DNA of 63,326 nt, from the NCBI GenBank assembly GCA_030690305.1, contig JAUYHB010000022.1, positions 1 to 63,326 on the forward strand. The letters are read 5' to 3'. This stretch comes from a bacterium. GTDB taxonomy: Bacteria > Patescibacteriota > Minisyncoccia > Phycocordibacterales > JAGLPS01. Both the position numbers and the translations under genes were made by a program. Numbering within the stretch: the stretch's first letter is position 1; each line of letters starts with the position of its first letter. The notes under the pieces were generated by a model that had not been told where the DNA came from, ran no database searches, and was given only the letters and a program-made list of their open reading frames with translations. Positions 16,789 through 27,029 of this stretch are shown here, piece by piece.

Positions 16789-17913
16789 TTACCGAACCGA
16801 TTCATACGTTCCTTCCGTTTGATGTTTTCTGAATACAAACTGCCACAGTTGGTTATCCCGAACATGAAAAGTGGCAGCCGAACTCAAAAGGTAATATTTC
16901 CACATTCGATAGAATCTTTCTCCGTATTTTTCTTTAAGCGTAGGCCACGCGTTGTTGAACCGTTTAAACCACTCTCGTAATGTTGTTGCATAGTCCGGTC
17001 CGAAGTTTTGAAGGTCTTCCAGTATAAAATATGCCCGTGATGCTTTTTCTATCTGCGTAAGTTCGGGAAGCATGCAATTGGGAAAAATATATTTTTCAAA
17101 CCACGGATCTCCTCGCACCCCCGGAGCGTTTGTGCCGATTGTGTGTATAAGGAAAACCCCCTTGTCCTTAAGAAGGGACAATACCTTTTTGAAAAAAATA
17201 GGGAAATATTTGTATCCCACATTCTCAAACATTCCGACTGAAACTATTCTGTCGAATTCTCCGACAGTGTCTCGATAGTCCTCAATACGAATTTCAATAG
17301 GGAGGTCTTTCACACGTTCTCTCGCCATAGCCGCTTGCTCTTTAGATACCGTAATACCCACTCCTTTTATTCCATAATTTCGTGCCGCATATTCCAAAAG
17401 GCCACCCCAACCACACCCGATTTCAAGCAACTTCATTCCTTTTTTGAGTTTAAGTTTTTTGCATATAAGGTCGAGCTTGTCTTCTTGTGCCTTATCGAGA
17501 CTTTTTGCATTACGCCAATATCCGCACGAATAAATCATTCGCTTGTCGAGCATCTTTTCAAACATCTCATTTCCGAGATCATAATGTTTTTTAGCGCTTT
17601 CAAAAGCGCGTTTCTTCATTCCAATCACTCCAAAAAGACCGGCAATGTATTGCGAGGCTATGGATAATAACAGACGGGGGGAACGAATTATTTTGAGAGG
17701 AAGATTTGCTTTAAGAATTCTCCCGATAGTTTCTTCCAAATCATCCGATTCCCACCAGCCGTCCATATAAGACTCTCCAAGTCCGAGTGAACCGAAACGT
17801 ACTAGGCGGTCAAAGAACCCTTCATCTTTTACCCGCATATCCCATGGTTGAGAACCGTTTATTGTGAACTCTGCTTCACGTGCCAGTGCCTCCACAAACT
17901 CTTTTGAAGTCAT
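16789..17913 (-). CDS. cfa: Cyclopropane-fatty-acyl-phospholipid synthase family SAM methyltransferase
   Basis: 374 aa: LLEIGCGWGG, HYDLGNEMF, YWRMWKYYL; a typical CFA synthase/mycolic acid MTase fold. Confidence 0.85.
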   Translation of the reverse strand: MTSKEFVEALAREAEFTINGSQPWDMRVKDEGFFDRLVRFGSLGLGESYMDGWWESDDLEETIGRILKANLPLKIIRSPRLLLSIASQYIAGLFGVIGMKKRAFESAKKHYDLGNEMFEKMLDKRMIYSCGYWRNAKSLDKAQEDKLDLICKKLKLKKGMKLLEIGCGWGGLLEYAARNYGIKGVGITVSKEQAAMARERVKDLPIEIRIEDYRDTVGEFDRIVSVGMFENVGYKYFPIFFKKVLSLLKDKGVFLIHTIGTNAPGVRGDPWFEKYIFPNCMLPELTQIEKASRAYFILEDLQNFGPDYATTLREWFKRFNNAWPTLKEKYGERFYRMWKYYLLSSAATFHVRDNQLWQFVFRKHQTEGTYESVR

Positions 17914-17968
17914 ACTAGCGATTATTCCATGAAACAGGGGAGTATTTCAAGGGAAACTTATTTGTTCT

Positions 17969-18052
17969 TGGTGCCCGGGGCGAGAGTCGAACTCGCATGC
18001 CGTGAGGCAGAGGATTTTAAGTCCTCCGTGTATACCATTCCACCACCCGGGC
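17969..18052 (-). tRNA. tRNA-Leu (anticodon UAA), CCA encoded
   Basis: Acceptor GCCCGGG/CCCGGGC, anticodon arm GAGGA-CTTAAAA-TCCTC, long variable arm. Confidence 0.85.
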
Positions 18053-18068
18053 AAAACCTTTAAAAGGT

Positions 18069-18143
18069 TGGAGGCGTAGGGGGGAATCGAACCCCCGCAT
18101 GGCGGTTTTGCAGACCGCAGCGTTTCCACTTCGCCACTACGCC
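18069..18143 (-). tRNA. tRNA-Cys (anticodon GCA), CCA encoded
   Basis: GGCGTAG...GCGGT-CTGCAAA-ACCGC...GGGGG-TTCGATT-CCCCC-CTACGCC-T-CCA. Confidence 0.85.
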
Positions 18144-18458
18144 TTACACAAGTTCATCAATACGTTGTCGATTCTTCTCTCCTTTGTCGAGTGCAAATTC
18201 AAAAAAGGGAACTTTCCTGATTTTGATACGTTCAAGAACGTAATGTCTCAATTCTCCCGCTTTTCTTTTAAGAAAGTCAAGCGTTTCGGCTTCCAGTGCT
18301 TCCGGATACACACTTACAAAAACGATAGCCGTCTTAAGGTCGGGAGAAAGTCCCAGATTGGTAACTGTAACAATGGCCGAGTTTTCCAATGTACGTTGGA
18401 CGAAATCGGCGGCAAGCGCACGCATCGTGTCGTTTGCTTTTTCTACTCTGTGGCTCAT
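18144..18458 (-). CDS. rbfA: Ribosome-binding factor A
   Basis: 104 aa: VTVTNLGLSPDLKTAIVFVSV and LRHYVLERIKIRKVPFFEF. Overlaps the infB stop. Confidence 0.85.
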   Translation of the reverse strand: MSHRVEKANDTMRALAADFVQRTLENSAIVTVTNLGLSPDLKTAIVFVSVYPEALEAETLDFLKRKAGELRHYVLERIKIRKVPFFEFALDKGEKNRQRIDELV

Positions 18459-19954
18459 TTTTCGACAAAGATAACGGAATGCAATAAATCTCCGGTTGCA
18501 GGTTCGATTTTCGACTCAATGGTAATTCCACACTCTTCTCCTTCGGTGGCTTCACTTATTCTGTTTTTCAATTTTTGCATTTCACGTATTGAGCCGACCC
18601 CGATTTCCACTCCACGTCGAATAATCTTTACTTCGGTACCTGTCTTGATGGAACCTGTTTCCACCCGTCCCCCGACGATATATTTATTTTTCTCCGCACT
18701 GAATGTTTTAAGAACTTTCAATGTTCCTATGATTTCTTCCACGGTAATTTTCGGGGTTTTTTCTTTCAATACTTCTTCAATTCGTTCCAGAAGACCGTAA
18801 ATAACATCGAATGTTTCAACCGTAATTCCCGAACGTTCTGCAAGGTCCTTTGCCCCACTGTCGATTTTCGTGCGAAACCCAAACACAATGGCGTTCGGAT
18901 GGGAAATAGCAGACTTGATATCGCTTTCCGAAACGGCACCTATGCCCGCGCGGATAACTTTCATTTTTGCTCTTTCATTTTGGAGTACCTCGATTTTTTT
19001 CGTCAGCGCTTCCAAGGAGCCCGATGTGTCGGCCTCAATGATGACGGGGATAACAAAACGGAGGTCCTCACTCTCCTCTTTTTTGTTTTTAATTTCCACT
19101 TTATTTTGTCCTTCGGCATATTCCTGCGCTTCGTTTTTGGACAAAAAGGTTTTAAACAAAGCTCCGACGGGAGGAAGCGTGTTCCAGCCGATAATGCGCA
19201 CCGGAGAGGAAAAACTTGCCTTCTCAATTTTTTCTCCCTTGAAATTTTCCATAATACGCACGGGTGCATATGCTCCGTCAGATGCGACAAAAGATCCGCT
19301 TTCAAGAGTTCCATTTTTGATAACCAGCGTTGCTGTTGAGCCTTTGCGCGGGTCGAGTTCATTTTCAAGTACGATGCCTTCCGCGGGGATGGACGGGTTT
19401 CCCGTGAGTTCTTCAAGTTCCGCAACGAGGAATATCATGTCCAAAAGTTCCGGCACTCCCTGTCCGGTTTTACCGGAGATGGAAACAAAAGGAATCGTGC
19501 CTCCGAAGCCTTCCACGTACACTTCGTTTTCCGCAAGGCTCATCTTTGTTTTTTCAATGTCCGCTTCGGGCTTGTCCACTTTGTTGATGGCGACAATGAA
19601 GGGGATACCGGCTTCCTTGATTTCTTGATACGCTTCCTTTGTTTGCGGTTTAACTCCTTCTTCCGCCGCCACAACAAGCACCGCAATGTCGGCGATTGCC
19701 GCGCCCCGGGCTCGGAGTGCGGAAAAAGCTTCATGACCGGGTGTGTCAAGAAATGTTAACTGTTTTTTGATTCCTGTTGCGGTCGTGTATGTCGCTTCAT
19801 ACGCCGAAATGTGCTGAGTAATCCCGCCGCTTTCCTTTTCCGTGACGTTTGTTTTGCGTATGTAATCAAGCAGGGTCGATTTACCGTGGTCGATGTGACC
19901 CATGACGGCGATGACTGGTGTTCGCTCCGACAAATTGTTTATTTTCTTTTCCAT
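18455..19954 (-). CDS. infB: Translation initiation factor IF-2 (short form)
   Basis: G domain VIAVMGHIDHGKSTLLD, DTPGHEAF and NKVDK, followed by the C-terminal IF-2 domains. Confidence 0.92.
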   Translation of the reverse strand: MEKKINNLSERTPVIAVMGHIDHGKSTLLDYIRKTNVTEKESGGITQHISAYEATYTTATGIKKQLTFLDTPGHEAFSALRARGAAIADIAVLVVAAEEGVKPQTKEAYQEIKEAGIPFIVAINKVDKPEADIEKTKMSLAENEVYVEGFGGTIPFVSISGKTGQGVPELLDMIFLVAELEELTGNPSIPAEGIVLENELDPRKGSTATLVIKNGTLESGSFVASDGAYAPVRIMENFKGEKIEKASFSSPVRIIGWNTLPPVGALFKTFLSKNEAQEYAEGQNKVEIKNKKEESEDLRFVIPVIIEADTSGSLEALTKKIEVLQNERAKMKVIRAGIGAVSESDIKSAISHPNAIVFGFRTKIDSGAKDLAERSGITVETFDVIYGLLERIEEVLKEKTPKITVEEIIGTLKVLKTFSAEKNKYIVGGRVETGSIKTGTEVKIIRRGVEIGVGSIREMQKLKNRISEATEGEECGITIESKIEPATGDLLHSVIFVEK

Positions 19955-19956
19955 GA

Positions 19957-20427
19957 CTAGTGATTACTTACCGAATGTTTAGCCTTCTCCAGAACGTGTT
20001 TTTCCTCGTCGGTCAATTCATATTCCGACGAGAATTCTTTTATAGGTTTTGAAAAAACGCTTACCCGTTCACGCGAGTACAGACTTGATATGACGACGCC
20101 GTTTCCTTCTTCGTTTACGAATGCTGTCGCGAAACTCTGATTTCCTCCCGCACCTGTGCCCTTAAAAGGATTGAAACGTACCGTCTCCACGGCGCGCGTG
20201 CCTGTCTTCATCCTTTTTTCAAGATTTTCAAGGTGGGCCGAAGTTTCTTTCCGTGAACGGTCAAGGGATTTAATGGCGCTGTGAATATAATGCACCACTT
20301 CCTCGAAATCTTTCGCCTTTTGTCCTCCAAACACTCTCTGTATTCTTACTTCAAGGCGGATAATCCACCCTATAAGGATAACGATAATTCCTGCGGCAAT
20401 GTATAAAATTGTGTATATATCGGACAT
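19957..20427 (-). CDS. DUF4446-like membrane-anchored protein
   Basis: N-terminal TM, a coiled region, then RFNPFKGTGAGGNQSFATAFVNEEGNGVVISSLYSRE. Confidence 0.55.
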   Translation of the reverse strand: MSDIYTILYIAAGIIVILIGWIIRLEVRIQRVFGGQKAKDFEEVVHYIHSAIKSLDRSRKETSAHLENLEKRMKTGTRAVETVRFNPFKGTGAGGNQSFATAFVNEEGNGVVISSLYSRERVSVFSKPIKEFSSEYELTDEEKHVLEKAKHSVSNH

Positions 20428-20521
20428 TGTGGAGAAAGTGCGTAACGTTACGGATTATACAAGAAAGGGACCGAAACGCAAAACAATTGAAATTTGAAAC
20501 GGAAGTACGTAGAATGACGCC

Positions 20522-21697
20522 ATGCCAATTTTTCCCAAGAAAAAAAGAATATTCCTCGATTACGCGTCAACGACGCCCGTATTGCCCGAGATAGCAAAGG
20601 TCATGGCACCGTTTTTGCAGGAACAATTTGCGAATCCGTCCGCACTGTATAAGGAAGGTGTGGAGGCACGGGCCGCCGTCAGTGAAGCGCGTCTTGCAAT
20701 AGCCCGTACCCTCGGAGTCCGCAAAGATGAAATTGTTTTTACCGGTAGCGGTACCGAATCCATCAATCTCGCCATACTCGGGGTAGCGAACGCATACAAA
20801 GGTAAACGTCCTCCACACATCATCACGACAAAAATCGAGCATGCATCCGTGCGCAAAGCCGTTGAAGAGGTTGAGAGAATGGGAGGAAAAGTTACCGCTA
20901 TTTCTCCGAACGAAGAGGGAATGGTTTCCGCTACCGATGTGTTTGAGGCAATTACCGAAGACACTGTTCTTGTTTCCGTTATGTACGCAAACAATGAAAT
21001 AGGGACCATTCAGCCGATAAAAGAAATAGGAAGAACGATTCACGAATACAGGGAAGCACGCAAGAAAAAGTATCCATACTTCCATACCGACGCAAGCCAG
21101 GCGGCCAATTACCTTCCCGTTTCCCCGTCCCGATTTTATGCCGACCTTATGACACTTGATGCGACAAAAATGTACGGACCGAAAGGTGTCGGAATGTTGT
21201 ATGTGAAAGAGGGGACGCATATCACGCCTATTATCCACGGAGGCGGGCAGGAAAACGGATTGCGTTCAGGAACGGAAAACACGGGAGCGATTGTTGGCAT
21301 GGCCCGCGCGCTTCTCATCGCACAGACTGACCGGGAAAAAGAATTTGAACGGCTGAAAAATCTTCGCGATTATTGCATCTCACAAATTAAAAAATATTTT
21401 CCGAGCGCAACAATAAACGGCAGTGCGACGGAACGTCTTCCGAATAACGCAAATATATGTTTCCCCGGAATCGACTCGGAATTTGCCGTCATATCTTTGG
21501 ATGCCGAAGGAATTGCCGTATCCGCCGCGAGTTCATGCCGCACGCTTGCAGAAAGATCGTCTTCTTATGTAATTGAAGCGATAGGGAAGAAAGAATGCGC
21601 ATCATCAAGCCTGCGTTTTTCTTTCGGACGCTTTACGACAAAAGAAGAGGTGGATGCGTTACTCAAAGGCCTTGTACGGAGGATACGAAGCAATTGA
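20522..21697 (+). CDS. Cysteine desulfurase (class V aminotransferase, NifS/IscS-like)
   Basis: FLDYASTTP, HTDASQA, PLP-lysine context DATKMYGPKGVG, and a Cys loop SAASSCR. Confidence 0.85.
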   Translation: MPIFPKKKRIFLDYASTTPVLPEIAKVMAPFLQEQFANPSALYKEGVEARAAVSEARLAIARTLGVRKDEIVFTGSGTESINLAILGVANAYKGKRPPHIITTKIEHASVRKAVEEVERMGGKVTAISPNEEGMVSATDVFEAITEDTVLVSVMYANNEIGTIQPIKEIGRTIHEYREARKKKYPYFHTDASQAANYLPVSPSRFYADLMTLDATKMYGPKGVGMLYVKEGTHITPIIHGGGQENGLRSGTENTGAIVGMARALLIAQTDREKEFERLKNLRDYCISQIKKYFPSATINGSATERLPNNANICFPGIDSEFAVISLDAEGIAVSAASSCRTLAERSSSYVIEAIGKKECASSSLRFSFGRFTTKEEVDALLKGLVRRIRSN

Positions 21698-21728
21698 TTC
21701 TACGGCTTTTTTTGCTATCATTAAGCGC

Positions 21729-22571
21729 ATGGAAGATCTCAGCAAACAACAACTCATACTCCTTACACTTTTATTGAGTTTCGTCACGTCAATTGCTACG
21801 GGAATTATCACCGTCTCTTTGCTTAACGAGGCCCCGCAAGAAGTGACGCAGACAATAAACCGGGTAGTCGAAAAAACGATTGAACGCGTTGTTCCTGTAG
21901 AAATTCCCGGAACGTCCACAACGAAAGAAGTTGAGAAAATCACCGTCATAGTAAAAGAGGAGGACCTTGTCATCGATTCCGTGGAAAAGAACAGCAAAAG
22001 CATCGTGCGTCTCAAAAGAACCGTTGGCGAAGGAACGGATACGTTCCAAGGCTTTGGTCTTATAGTGAATTCAAACGGTCTTACCGTTTTTCCCGAAAAC
22101 GCTTTTGTTGAAGGAGGAACGTATCAAGGCGTGTTTTTTGATGGTGCGACAACCTCAATAAGTATTGCAAGTGCCGATACGAAAAACGATTTGGTCTATG
22201 TCCAACCTTCGGTCTTTTCTTCTGACCCGAAAAAACCGTACGCTTTTTTCCCGGTAACTCTTTCCAAGGCTGTGCCCAAACTTGCCCAGAGCGTCATCGT
22301 TCTTTCCGGTGTTGATACAACCTCAATCGCAACGGGCAGAATTTCAACGTTTGGTTTTACTGAAGTACCCGTGAAGGAAGGGGAGCCGAAAGCGAAAATT
22401 CTTTCTTCCATTAAAACGGACATTACTTCAAAAAACGAAGATCTCGGAAGTCCTCTTCTCAATTTGTCAGGAGAAGTAATGGGAATAAAAAGTGTTTTTA
22501 CCGAGAGTGTTTACCTGCCTTCCTCGGTCTTGAAAACAAGCCTTGCCACAAGTACACCTGCCGCGCAGTAA
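21729..22571 (+). CDS. Membrane-anchored trypsin/HtrA-like domain protein, probably catalytically inactive
   Basis: Internal ATG at 21729. One TM segment. Chymotrypsin-fold signatures are present (GFGLIVNSNGLTVF, DLVYVQ, DLGSPLLNLSGEVMGI), but His and Ser are not at the expected positions. Confidence 0.45.
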   Translation: MEDLSKQQLILLTLLLSFVTSIATGIITVSLLNEAPQEVTQTINRVVEKTIERVVPVEIPGTSTTKEVEKITVIVKEEDLVIDSVEKNSKSIVRLKRTVGEGTDTFQGFGLIVNSNGLTVFPENAFVEGGTYQGVFFDGATTSISIASADTKNDLVYVQPSVFSSDPKKPYAFFPVTLSKAVPKLAQSVIVLSGVDTTSIATGRISTFGFTEVPVKEGEPKAKILSSIKTDITSKNEDLGSPLLNLSGEVMGIKSVFTESVYLPSSVLKTSLATSTPAAQ

Positions 22572-22623
22572 AACGTTGACATACAGTTTTTATATTGTAT
22601 TGTGATAATACTTATTTTTACGT

Positions 22624-25314
22624 ATGCCGCCATTTAATCAATTTACAACCAAAGCCAAAGAAGCCATACGCAAGGCCCATGAACTTGCTATTGAGCGTGG
22701 GCAAAACCACGTAAATCCGCTTCATCTTCTTACCGCCCTCATTTTACAGGAAGAAAGCATGGTCACTTCCATACTCGACAAACTGGAGATTGATTCGGTG
22801 CTTCTTACCGATTCGCTTGTCGATTCCATAGACGGCCATGAATCACACGGAATGCTTTCTCCCTCATATCAGATTTATCTTACGCCGGAACTTGCCCAAA
22901 TTCTTGAAGGCAGCGTGAAGGTCGCGGGGAGTCTCGGAGATGATTTTGTTTCCACTGAACATTTGTTTATTACGTTTCTTGACGTTCCGGGCGCCGCGCG
23001 CGAACTTTTGTCCCGATTTAAAATCAACAAGCATGATGTTCTGAAAGTCATTGAAGAATTAAAAAACAGCAACGTAACGGATTTGCAACAGCCAAAACGA
23101 TTCAAATCTCTTGCCAAATACACGCGCAGTCTTACAAAACTTGCTTCGGAAAACAAACTCGATCCCGTGATTGGGCGTGAAAACGAAATCAATCGCATTA
23201 TCCAAATTCTTTCCCGTCGGACAAAAAACAATCCGATTCTTATCGGAGAGGCGGGTGTCGGGAAAACGGCTATTGTCGAAGGTCTTGCCACAAAAATGGT
23301 AACCGGAGATGTTCCCGAATCGCTTCGCGAAAAAGAGCTCGTGTCTCTTGATCTGGGACTGTTGGTCGCGGGAACGAAATACCGCGGTGAATTCGAAGAA
23401 CGATTGAAAAATATTTTGAAAGAAATCGAACGTTCCGAAGGTAAAATCGTTCTCTTTATCGATGAAATTCACACTATTGTCGGAGCAGGTTCGGCCGAGG
23501 GTTCCATTGACGCGTCCAACATGCTCAAACCTCCGCTTGCGCGCGGGGAGTTGCGCGCTATAGGGGCGACGACGCTCAAAGAATATCAAAAACACATTGA
23601 AAAGGATCCGGCCCTTACCCGCCGCTTCCAGCCTGTTTTTGTTTCCGAACCTTCCGTTGAAGATACCATTGCCATCCTGCGAGGCCTTAAGGAGCGCTAC
23701 GAGCTCTACCATGGTGTTCATATCACCGACGAAGCTATTCAGTCCGCAGTCAATTTAAGTTCCCGCTATATCACCGACCGTTTTCTTCCGGACAAGGCTG
23801 TTGACCTTATTGACGAGGCGTCTTCGTTTTTGAAAATTTCCCTTGAAAATATGCCACCCGTGCTTTCGGAAACCCATTCACGCATCACAAAATTGGAAAT
23901 TGAAAGAGAAGCTCTTAAAAAAGAAGCGTCCGAAACGAAAGGAAATACGAAAGCAAAATTGCGCATCAAGGAAATAGAAAAAGAAGTCGCCGATTTGCGC
24001 GAGCAAACATCCGAGCTTGAACTTAAATGGAAAAACGAAAAAGAAACGGTTACGGATATAAAAAGAATAAAAAAAGAACTCGATGTCCTGCGTATCGAAG
24101 GCTATAATGCCGAAGCCCAGTCCGATCTTACAAAAGCGGCGGAAATACGATATGGAAAAATCCCCGCGCTTGAGAAGGAACTTGAAACAAAAACACGAAG
24201 ACTCAAACGTCTTCAGATTTCCCGCCGTATTCTCAAAGAAGAAGTCACCGAATCCGATATTGCCGACATTGTTTCCCGATGGACGGGAGTCCCTGTTTCC
24301 CGAATGCTTGAAAGCGAAGCGCAGAAACTTTCCCGAATGGATGAAGAACTTGAAAAACGGGTTGTCGGTCAAACGGATGCCGTCAAACGGGTGTCAGACG
24401 CTATCAAGCGCGCCCGCGCCGGAATTTCGGACCCGCAACGCCCTATCGGTTCTTTTCTTTTCCTCGGTCCTACCGGTGTCGGGAAAACCGAGCTTACCAA
24501 AGCACTTGCCGAATTTCTCTTTGATGACGACAAGGCGCTCATTCGCGTCGATATGTCTGAATTCATGGAAAAACATTCCGTTTCAAAAATCATCGGTTCG
24601 CCTCCCGGTTATGTCGGCTATGATGAAGGCGGCGGGCTGACCGAAAAAATCCGTCACCGACCGTACTCTGTCGTTCTTTTCGATGAGATAGAAAAAGCTC
24701 ACCCTGAAGTGTTCAATATTTTGCTTCAAGTCTTGGATAATGGGACATTAACCGATGCCAAAGGACGAACGGTGAACTTCCGCAACGCCGTTATTATCCT
24801 CACCTCAAATATCGGTGCCCAGTATATCGATAAAATGGAAAAACTCGGTTTTGGAGGGCAGGGAGGTGATGCAGCGGTATACAACGACATCAAATCAAAA
24901 GTGATGGATGCACTCAAGGATTATTTCCGTCCTGAATTCTTAAACCGTCTTGATGACATCATCATTTTTGACATCTTGAACAGAGAAGCGGTTGCAAAGA
25001 TTGTAGAAATCCAAATAGACCAGATTACCGAACGTCTGTACCAAAAGGAAATTTCGCTCGCTATATCGCCTGAGGCCATGGAATTTATCGCAAAGGAAGG
25101 ATATAACCCGCAATACGGAGCGCGCCCTCTCAAGCGTTTGATTCAGACCAAAATCCTAAACCCAGTTGCTTCTTTGATTCTAAGTAAAGGAGTAATGAAG
25201 GGTGGAGTTGTATCGATAGGCTTTAAGAGCGGAGAATTTACTTTCGATATAAAAAAGGGAAGGAAGGGAAGTCTCATTGCTGAAAACATACTGACAACCG
25301 ACTCGGTTTCTTAA
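22624..25314 (+). CDS. clpB: ATP-dependent chaperone ClpB
   Basis: 896 aa: Clp N domain, two AAA+ modules ([13 protein letters not shown] and [16 protein letters not shown]) and a long coiled-coil middle domain. Confidence 0.93.
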   Translation: MPPFNQFTTKAKEAIRKAHELAIERGQNHVNPLHLLTALILQEESMVTSILDKLEIDSVLLTDSLVDSIDGHESHGMLSPSYQIYLTPELAQILEGSVKVAGSLGDDFVSTEHLFITFLDVPGAARELLSRFKINKHDVLKVIEELKNSNVTDLQQPKRFKSLAKYTRSLTKLASENKLDPVIGRENEINRIIQILSRRTKNNPILIGEAGVGKTAIVEGLATKMVTGDVPESLREKELVSLDLGLLVAGTKYRGEFEERLKNILKEIERSEGKIVLFIDEIHTIVGAGSAEGSIDASNMLKPPLARGELRAIGATTLKEYQKHIEKDPALTRRFQPVFVSEPSVEDTIAILRGLKERYELYHGVHITDEAIQSAVNLSSRYITDRFLPDKAVDLIDEASSFLKISLENMPPVLSETHSRITKLEIEREALKKEASETKGNTKAKLRIKEIEKEVADLREQTSELELKWKNEKETVTDIKRIKKELDVLRIEGYNAEAQSDLTKAAEIRYGKIPALEKELETKTRRLKRLQISRRILKEEVTESDIADIVSRWTGVPVSRMLESEAQKLSRMDEELEKRVVGQTDAVKRVSDAIKRARAGISDPQRPIGSFLFLGPTGVGKTELTKALAEFLFDDDKALIRVDMSEFMEKHSVSKIIGSPPGYVGYDEGGGLTEKIRHRPYSVVLFDEIEKAHPEVFNILLQVLDNGTLTDAKGRTVNFRNAVIILTSNIGAQYIDKMEKLGFGGQGGDAAVYNDIKSKVMDALKDYFRPEFLNRLDDIIIFDILNREAVAKIVEIQIDQITERLYQKEISLAISPEAMEFIAKEGYNPQYGARPLKRLIQTKILNPVASLILSKGVMKGGVVSIGFKSGEFTFDIKKGRKGSLIAENILTTDSVS

Positions 25315-25316
25315 AC

Positions 25317-25346
25317 AAAAACCCCTTGCGTAAAGCGGGGGTTTTT
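25317..25346 (+). terminator. clpB intrinsic terminator
   Basis: AAAAACCCCTTGCG-taaa-GCGGGGGTTTTT. Confidence 0.65.
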
Positions 25347-25355
25347 GTTCGAAGG

Positions 25356-25438
25356 TGGGCACGGAGAGACTTGAACTCTCAAGGACAAAGTCCATACGCT
25401 TCTGAGACGTACGCGTATACCAATTCCGCCACGTGCCC
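25356..25438 (-). tRNA. tRNA-Leu (anticodon CAG)
   Basis: Acceptor GGGCACG/CGTGCCC, anticodon arm TACGT-CTCAGAA-GCGTA, long variable arm, T arm GAGAG-TTCAAGT-CTCTC. Confidence 0.85.
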
Positions 25439-25508
25439 ATCTGGATTGTTTAGTTATACAACAATCTCCTTTACTTTTCTAATTTTTGCCTTTACATTTA
25501 TCTGTATC

Positions 25509-25591
25509 GCGCAGGTGGCGGAGTGGTCAATCGCACCTGACTGTAAATCAGGCGGCTTATGCCTACGGGGGTTCAAATCCCTCCCTGCGCA
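25509..25591 (+). tRNA. tRNA-Tyr (anticodon GUA)
   Basis: Acceptor GCGCAGG/CCTGCGC, anticodon arm CCTGA-CTGTAAA-TCAGG, long variable arm. Confidence 0.85.
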
Positions 25592-25594
25592 CAC

Positions 25595-25629
25595 GAAAAA
25601 ATGTCCAGCTTTGTGCTGGATTATTTTTT
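25595..25629 (+). terminator. Terminator after tRNA-Tyr
   Basis: AAAAAATGTCCAGC-tttgt-GCTGGATTATTTTTT. Confidence 0.65.
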
Positions 25630-25772
25630 GTTGTCACTTTCACAAAGTATGCTATTCTTTTTTCAGACCGTGAGGGGAGCGATTCCCTCCTTTACATATA
25701 TACGTTCTTTCACAAGAGAAACAAAAAAGATAGAAAAATCCCAAATATATCTTTGGAGAAAGGATTGAAGTA

Positions 25773-26942
25773 ATGGATAAAAACAAAGTTGAGGTTGAGG
25801 CGCCTTTGCCCAATGTCAAACTCAATCAGAAAGAGAATCGTGTCATCAGTTTTTTCAAATACGCGACGCTTCTTGATTGGGAGGATTGGACTTGGCAGAT
25901 GCGTAATCGTATTCAAGCTAAAGATAAGGGTGTTTTATCCAAGCTCATAAATCTGACACCTGAAGAAGAGAGGGGTATAGACGGGTGTAAAGACAAACTC
26001 ACTATGTCTATACCACCGTACTGGGCAAGTCTCATGGACCCCGAAGATCCGACATGCCCGATACGTCTTCAGACTATCCCGCAAGGCCTTGAACTTGAAG
26101 AAGCAAGTGATGAAATGAAGGACCCGTGCGGGGAGGACAAAAACATGCCTGTGTACGGACTTGTTCATCGCTACCCGGACCGAGTTTTGTTTTTGGTGAA
26201 TGAGATGTGTGCTATGTATTGCCGTTATTGCACACGCTCCAGGATGGTTGGAGATGGAAATCGGACGCTTCGGCCTGAGACATACGAGGCCGCGTATGAT
26301 TATATACGCTCCAACAAAAAAATCCGTGACGTATTAATCTCCGGAGGTGACCCCTTAACCCTTGGAGACAGGATGCTTGAGGAGATTATCAAAAACCTCA
26401 GGGCGATTCCTCATGTGGAATTCATACGCATCGGAAGCCGTGTTCCTGTAACTCTGCCGCAACGCGTCACCAATGACTTTGTCGCCATGCTAAAGCGCAA
26501 CGGCCCTATTTGGATGAGCATTCACTTCAATCATCCCAAAGAAGTGACCAAACGCGTAAAATTAGCCTGCGGTCTCTTGGCTGACAATGGTATCGTAATG
26601 GGAAGCCAAACGGTGTTACTCAAGGGAGTTAACGACAAGCCCTCAATCATGAAAAAACTTTTTCATGAACTTCTTCAGATACGGGTGCGTCCCTATTATA
26701 TTTATCAATGCGATCCGATATTGGGTTCGAAACATTTTAGAACCCCAGTATCCGTCGGAATAAATATAATGGAAAAATTACGCGGACACACGACTGGCTA
26801 TGCCGTTCCCACGTACGTCATAGACGGTCCGGGTGGTGGAGGCAAAATACCCATTGCTCCTCCCTACATTCTTTCCTACGAAAATGGAACAACAACTCTT
26901 CGTAACTATAACGGAGAGAAGTATGTTTACCATGATCCTTAA
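25773..26942 (+). CDS. KamA-family radical SAM aminomutase (lysine 2,3-aminomutase-like)
   Basis: CAMYCRYCTR (the CxxxCxxC cluster), ISGGDPL, and a KamA-like C-terminal region. Confidence 0.85.
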   Translation: MDKNKVEVEAPLPNVKLNQKENRVISFFKYATLLDWEDWTWQMRNRIQAKDKGVLSKLINLTPEEERGIDGCKDKLTMSIPPYWASLMDPEDPTCPIRLQTIPQGLELEEASDEMKDPCGEDKNMPVYGLVHRYPDRVLFLVNEMCAMYCRYCTRSRMVGDGNRTLRPETYEAAYDYIRSNKKIRDVLISGGDPLTLGDRMLEEIIKNLRAIPHVEFIRIGSRVPVTLPQRVTNDFVAMLKRNGPIWMSIHFNHPKEVTKRVKLACGLLADNGIVMGSQTVLLKGVNDKPSIMKKLFHELLQIRVRPYYIYQCDPILGSKHFRTPVSVGINIMEKLRGHTTGYAVPTYVIDGPGGGGKIPIAPPYILSYENGTTTLRNYNGEKYVYHDP

Positions 26943-26957
26943 CGGATCTTGTTTCTC

Positions 26958-26987
26958 AAAAGGGCAACCGCAACGGTTGCCCTTTTT
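26958..26987 (+). terminator. Terminator after the kamA-like gene
   Basis: AAAAGGGCAACCG-caa-CGGTTGCCCTTTTT. Confidence 0.7.
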
Positions 26988-27029
26988 GTTTGCTCCGATG
27001 CCGAAAACCCTGTATGATTAAGCCATATT

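Noticed and set aside
22576-22610. TTGACA at 22576-22581 upstream of clpB could be a promoter -35.
   Set aside because: No -10-like hexamer lies at 16-18 nt spacing (TATATT at 9 nt, GATAAT at 22 nt), so it was not listed.
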